Of a stretch of DNA of 64,000 bases, positions 59,701 through 64,000 are shown one piece after another (the first letter of the stretch is position 1; each line of letters begins with the position of its first letter). Both the position numbers and the translations under genes were made by a program. Below the pieces are notes generated by a model. The model ran no database searches, was not told where the DNA came from, and was given only the letters and a program-made list of their open reading frames with translations. The DNA comes from an uncultured Muribaculaceae bacterium (lineage in GTDB: Bacteria; Bacteroidota; Bacteroidia; Bacteroidales; Muribaculaceae). The DNA lies in assembly GCA_905233845.1 (NCBI GenBank), contig CAJOFH010000003.1, positions 7,693 through 71,692 on the forward strand, written 5' to 3'.

Positions 59701-60109
59701 TGTCGTCACGATGATTGCGGGTATGATACCGCTAATCATCGCTGGTGGTGCTGGAGCCAACGGTAATCGTGTGCTCGCACTGGGTGTCACTGCTGGTATG
59801 GCTGTCGGTACGCTGGCGTTGCTCTTTGTCGTTCCTGCTTTCTTCATCGTCTTCCAAAAGCTGCATGAGAGATTTCAAGGCGGTGGAAGACCAGACGACC
59901 CCATAGAAGAGAAAAAATTAACGAAAGAAGAGAAGAAGAAAGCTAAAGAAGAGGCTAAAAGGGCAAGAGAAGAAGCCAAAAAGGCTAAAAAAGCCGAGAA
60001 AGAGAAGAAAAAAAGAGGCATAAGCGATTCGCCCAAAGTAGTGAATGCGCCTAATGAAGGTGAGAGTCAAGTTAATAAAGACGTGAAAATTAACACAACT
60101 GATGAATAA
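56750..60109 (+). CDS. RND efflux permease (HAE1-like) with Lys/Glu-rich tail
   Basis: LPIEQYPNIAPP, GTVVDDAIVVVE, LAKTAILITEFA and RLRPILMT. Confidence 0.92.
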   Translation: MKNNIFINKYVMACAIAIVITMVGIICMSTLPIEQYPNIAPPTVRVSTSYTGADANTIMKSVVQPLEENINGVPGMTYITSSASASGDVSIQVYFEQGTDPDLAAVNVQNRVSRASALLPSEVTKVGVQVMKQQSNILHIGAMKSVDGKYDTDFIANYIDINVKPRLMRITGVGDVMALGNTYALRIWLKPDVMAQYGLDPNDIFAAIGGQSFVAATGSLGEQSENAYQYSMEYRGTLKTVEEFNDIVLRSTDGGHLLHLRDVADVEIGAVSYNFTSNIDGKPGTIYMVFQAPGANATEVNARINKLYEELKPTMPAGLEFEILETSDDFLFAAIHNVVETLVIAIILVVLVVYFFLQSFKATVIPSLSIIVSLLGTFAIVSIAGFSLNILTLFALVLAIGTVVDDAIVVVEAVMAKMEGGITDAKQATREAMSEVSVAVISCTLVFMAVFIPVAFMPGTSGSFFTQFGVTLASAVGLSCVSALTLCPALCGIMMRFSKDGKEKKNLNYYVTKAYTASYNAILKKYKKSVGGFIKHPWISGALLVAAAVLLIFFMRGLPFGLVPQEDQGVFFAEVRAPEGCTLHETQEIVKKVEEKVKKIPELENYAVVSGYGMMAGRSGSCYATLIIRLKNWDDRPGMNHNIMLVYGRFAFDCKEIKNAKVIPFQMPQVPGYGSNSSVNLVLQDMQDRPMSEFNVDATKFLTKLNERPEIMMAMSTYSERFPKYQVDVDAIQCDRAGVTPATVLRTLGSYCGGSYVGNFNQFGKVYRIMANAAPEYRLDPSSLNNIFMRVKGGEMAPISEFVTLREIVGSASVDHFNLFQSITCGVMTASGFSEGDAHKAIAEVFKEEMPNGYSYEYGGMSREVEEASGSNATALIYCICAILIYLILASLYNSWFTPMAVLLSVPFGLMGSFGAVWLVSLLHLPGMENNIYLQTGVIMLIGLLAKTAILITEFASERREQGLSIRDAAFAACEERLRPILMTVVTMIAGMIPLIIAGGAGANGNRVLALGVTAGMAVGTLALLFVVPAFFIVFQKLHERFQGGGRPDDPIEEKKLTKEEKKKAKEEAKRAREEAKKAKKAEKEKKKRGISDSPKVVNAPNEGESQVNKDVKINTTDE

Positions 60110-61494
60110 AATGAAAAAATTATCAATCATATTTAGTGTAGCTGTTTTAGGCTTCATGGTCGCAAGTTGTAACTTGTTTAAAAGCTTGTATAACAAATAT
60201 GAATCTAACACTCAGTTGCCACCCGATGTGATAGGTGTGAAAACTGTTGACTCTATTGCGCCCAATTCATCGGCGTCTCTCTCGTGGCGTGAGTTTTTTA
60301 CCGACCCTCTTCTGCAAAAGCTTATCGACTCGGCGTTGGTGCAAAACACCGACCTCAACTCGGCATGCATTGCCGTCGACAAGAGCGAAGTGTCGTTGCA
60401 AATGGCTAAAAAGGCTATTCTTCCTACGTTCTATGTGTCGCCATCGACTTCGTTTTCTAGTTTCGGTAGCGTGACTTCTCAAACTTACAATTTGCCACTT
60501 CAGGCAAGTTGGGACTATGGCTCGATAGGTTCCATAACCAATAAAAAGAGGGCTGCTAAGGCTGTGCTCATGCAAGCACAGGCACGTGAAGATGCTGTGC
60601 ACGCCAATCTTGTTTCGGCGGTGGCTCAACAGTATTGTCTGTTGCAATTGCTTGATAGGCAGTTAGAAATTCTCACACTCACCGATAGCCTTTGGAATAC
60701 TTCTCTGCAAACTCAAAAGGCGTTGTGGGAGTTCGGTAAAGGTATATTCCACTGCCGTTAATCAGTTGGAGTCGTCTTACTTGAGTGTGAAGACGCAGTT
60801 GGTGGATGTGAGACGAAGCATTAGAGGCACTGAGAATGCTATATGCCGACTACTGGCAATTCCTCCACAACACATCGAACGAAACCGATGGGGAAGCCAT
60901 GTCATGCCTAAAATTGCTGGCGAGAGTATATCGGCACAGATGCTTCTGCTCAGGCCCGACATCCGCATGGCCAACTTTGCCATGGAAGAAGCTTTTTACA
61001 ACATGCAGACTGCTCGCTCGGCGTTCTTCCCAGGATTCTCTCTGTCGGGAACTCTTGGATGGACCAATAGTGCAGGCAGTGGCGTTGTTAACCCAGGTAA
61101 GATATTGACAAATATTATAGGCTCGATTACTCAACCTATTTTCGCTCGAGGGCAGTTGAAGGGCAATCTGGAGATTGCAAGGCTAACGCAAGAAGATATG
61201 CTCAGAAAATATGTTCAGACGGTTATTGACGCAGGGAATCAGGTGAATGAGGCGTTGGCCGATTGCCAAGCTACAAGTGAGAAGTACGGATACTATAGGC
61301 GACAAGTCGAGGTACTGAAGGACGCCTACGACGGTACTCACATGTTGATGGAATATGGCAAGGCAAGCTATCTGGAGGTGCTTACAGCACAAGAGAGTTA
61401 TCTCAATGCGCAGCTCAGTGAGGCAATGAACATGTATGATGCCGCAAGAGCAATCATTGCTCTATACATAGCACTTGGCGGCGCAACTCGATAA
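60102..61494 (+). pseudogene. TolC/NodT-family outer-membrane factor, frameshifted at about 60738-60740
   Basis: The two ORFs join if one A is removed from GGTAAAGGTATATTCC, giving ...EFGKVYSTAVNQLESSY...; lipobox ASC; LRPDIRMA and LYIALGG motifs. Confidence 0.8.
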
Positions 61495-61712
61495 TTAGTC
61501 ATTCACATTTACTGCATTTTGAGCTGGGCATTTTCAAATGTTCGGCTCATATTTGTTTGTAAATAAACGTTAAATATTTATCAAGTAAAAGGTTATATTA
61601 ATAAAAAATTATAACTTTGTATCGATAAAAAGAGTTTTAATGGGGGCTAATGGGTTCTGCCCTTTTTATGGCTCTAATTCAACCTTTTAGAACCTACAAA
61701 AATTAATAGCTT

Positions 61713-62372
61713 ATGAAGAAACATTTACTCACTATGGTGTTAGTGTCGTTAATGTTGGTGCCAACAATCGGGGCACAGACTTTCGAGTTCCGCTATCACG
61801 GTGAATCGCTTGCCGATGGAGCAACAGTGACAATTGTTGCCGAGGTAAATGAATTTGATGAGTTGGCATGTGTGACCAATCCGTTTAATGATCCTAACAA
61901 TGGTCTTATCCTGAAACTACTTTCGGGAAGTCAGGCCCAAGGAAATGCCTCAATTAACATCGAAGAGAACTCGCTAAATCCAGCAAGAGTCTTGTGGTGT
62001 ATGGGTGGTTCCTGTGTTAATTTGGGCAGTAATACATCATATAATAAGGAATTTAGTACTAACAATGGCATCGTTCAGGTTCAGTTTGATGCCGAAGACA
62101 TCCAAAGCGAGGGCCACCTCCTAGCGACTCTTACTGCTACCATTGGCAGTGAGACTCACACGGTAAAGATAAAATTCACTAACGGTGAGCAACAGGTTGT
62201 TCCTGGCGATGTGGACGGTGACGGAGTAGTTACAGCCGGTGACATCACTGCGCTTTATAACTTCTTGCTCAACAGTGATGACACTGCTTTGGTCAACGGT
62301 GACCAGGATGGAGACAACACAATCACAGCTGGCGATATTACTCTCATATATAACATCCTTCTTGGAAATTAA
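61713..62372 (+). CDS. Secreted protein with C-terminal dockerin-like domain
   Basis: Signal peptide; GDVDGDGVVTAGDITALYN...GDQDGDNTITAGDITLIYN. Confidence 0.75.
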   Translation: MKKHLLTMVLVSLMLVPTIGAQTFEFRYHGESLADGATVTIVAEVNEFDELACVTNPFNDPNNGLILKLLSGSQAQGNASINIEENSLNPARVLWCMGGSCVNLGSNTSYNKEFSTNNGIVQVQFDAEDIQSEGHLLATLTATIGSETHTVKIKFTNGEQQVVPGDVDGDGVVTAGDITALYNFLLNSDDTALVNGDQDGDNTITAGDITLIYNILLGN

Positions 62373-62398
62373 TTTTTTAACATAAAAACACAACAACA

Positions 62399-64000
62399 AT
62401 GAAAAAATCAGTACTACTTTTGTTTGCCATCTTTATGGCAATGACAAGTTTTGCACAGTTGAAGAACGTGCAAGCAAACTCTATCACACCTGCCGATGGT
62501 GAAACTTGGTGGGGCTACTTCGCCGATGCAGATGCTAATGCCTCTAATTTTGGTGGCTATGGCGTGGGCACACAAGCCGACTATGAGGCAGCTATTAAAA
62601 TTGCAAAGAGTGACCCTGTTATGGGCAATGCCACCATTAAAGCTGTGCGCATTTGGTTAAACGGAACTACGATTCCTAAAATCACCAGCCTGAAGATTTG
62701 GACTACAAAGACTCTAAAAATTAATGCTCAGGGTGTTTTGTATGCTCAAGACGTTGACTTGTCAACTTTGACAGCTGGTGCTAACGATATTGAGTTTACC
62801 ACTCCTTTTGCGATTAATAATGCCGTTACCTACATTGGTTTCACTATGACTCTAGATGGTCAGGATAATGCTGTGATGTGTGGTGGCGAGTATGAAGCAG
62901 GCACATTCTTCTTCCGCGCAACAGCTGTGCAGACCAACTGGCAGTCGTTGACTGGTCATGGTAAGCTGGCATTGCAAGTTCTTGCCGAAGGAGCTGTTGT
63001 CCCTCAAAATTGTGCTATCATGACATCAACCAATCTTGGAACTCACAATTATCAAGTAGGTGATGAGGCGATTGTGCCTGTAACCATTAAGAACAAGGGC
63101 CAGAACCCCATCTCTTCCATTTCCTATACTATTACTACCAATAATGACCCGGCTACAGCTACCCCCGAGGTTACTGTAGCAATGGATAATGTTCCTTTTA
63201 ATGGCACCGCGACATTTAACGCATCTTTTGATACCAGTGAGGCTTTGAATTCAACCAGAACTGTTACTATCACTAAGGTTAATGGAGAACCAAACGAGGC
63301 ACAAGCTAATCAGTGTGTAGCTAGTGGTAACTTCGCTGTCATGGCTTACTTGTTTACTAAAGTTCCTGTTATTGAGGAGTTTACTGGTACTTGGTGCGGT
63401 TGGTGCCCACGTGGTTTCGTGGCTATGGAGACAGCAAATGAACTCTATGGTGACAAGGTTGTCCTTATCGCTGCCCACAACGGAGACCCCATGGAAATTG
63501 CTGGCTATAATCCCGTTATGGCTACAGTAAGCGGATTCCCCGATGCTAAAGCCAATCGCAATCAGGAGTTTGATCCTAATCCTCCCGCAATTCAAAGTAT
63601 AATTAATCAAAGTCTGAACGAAGTTCCTATTGGTAAGGTTGATATTGTTGCTCAGTGGAATGACGAGGCTATGACAAAGATTGATGTAAAGTCCAACTCT
63701 ATGTTTGCCTTTGCCGAAGAGAATGCCAACTATGGTATTGCATTGGTGCTCACCGAGGATGGTATGCATGGCACTGGCTCAAGTTGGGGACAGTCCAACT
63801 ACTATAGTGGTCAATCTGGTTATCCCGATTATATGTCATGGTGGTGTAGTCAAGGCTCAAGAGTTTCTGGTTTAAGTTACAACTTTGTGGCTGTGGCTGC
63901 TTGGGACATTTTGAGTGGTGCTAACGGCTCAGTTCCCACATCGTTTGCTGCTGGTGAGGCGTTGCCCTACAACTTCCTTGCCGACATTTCATCAAATACA
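62399..64000 (+). CDS. Omp28-related secreted protein with thioredoxin-like CxxC (3' end runs off window)
   Basis: Manual translation MKKSVLLLFAIFMAMTSFAQ...; KVPVIEEFTGTWCGWCPRG; open to the window end. Confidence 0.8.
   Translation, partial: MKKSVLLLFAIFMAMTSFAQLKNVQANSITPADGETWWGYFADADANASNFGGYGVGTQADYEAAIKIAKSDPVMGNATIKAVRIWLNGTTIPKITSLKIWTTKTLKINAQGVLYAQDVDLSTLTAGANDIEFTTPFAINNAVTYIGFTMTLDGQDNAVMCGGEYEAGTFFFRATAVQTNWQSLTGHGKLALQVLAEGAVVPQNCAIMTSTNLGTHNYQVGDEAIVPVTIKNKGQNPISSISYTITTNNDPATATPEVTVAMDNVPFNGTATFNASFDTSEALNSTRTVTITKVNGEPNEAQANQCVASGNFAVMAYLFTKVPVIEEFTGTWCGWCPRGFVAMETANELYGDKVVLIAAHNGDPMEIAGYNPVMATVSGFPDAKANRNQEFDPNPPAIQSIINQSLNEVPIGKVDIVAQWNDEAMTKIDVKSNSMFAFAEENANYGIALVLTEDGMHGTGSSWGQSNYYSGQSGYPDYMSWWCSQGSRVSGLSYNFVAVAAWDILSGANGSVPTSFAAGEALPYNFLADISSNT

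Overview
A 64-kb chromosomal window from a Bacteroidales bacterium (inferred from TAnnTTTG promoters, T9SS-type C-termini, and DUF4296-lspA-dksA-ileS synteny). The backbone is mostly housekeeping genes: parE (truncated at the left edge), a RluA-family pseudouridine synthase, a pdxA-lipid-cls operon, rlmN, dck/dgk, mlaEF, ileS, msrA, an acyl-CoA ligase, frameshifted prfB and guaD. Interspersed are many secreted or surface proteins (BspA-type LRR, PCMD/calycin, YncE propellers, dockerin-like, Omp28-like), a class A beta-lactamase, and an RND efflux locus that looks decayed. The most striking signal is a GxxExxY (PD-(D/E)XK-like) gene at 53773-54216 bracketed by 50-bp imperfect inverted repeats built from three ATTGTC boxes (spacing 30/10). 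The same arm recurs as a 57-bp gene-less palindromic unit three times at 2264-7360 (spacing 31/10), in direct orientation, separating surface-protein genes like cassettes. This suggests an uncharacterised GxxExxY-associated mobile or recombination system. Other non-coding structure includes a 19-unit heptamer array in the predicted parE leader, a related repeat inserted in frame into RluA, an ACCC-ended MITE, a solo end of the same family at the break point of a truncated efflux adaptor gene, and a 600-bp repeat block upstream of rluA. An ArgB-like protein appears to have lost its catalytic residues. No rRNA, tRNA or CRISPR array was recognised. All calls are by eye; no database searches were run.
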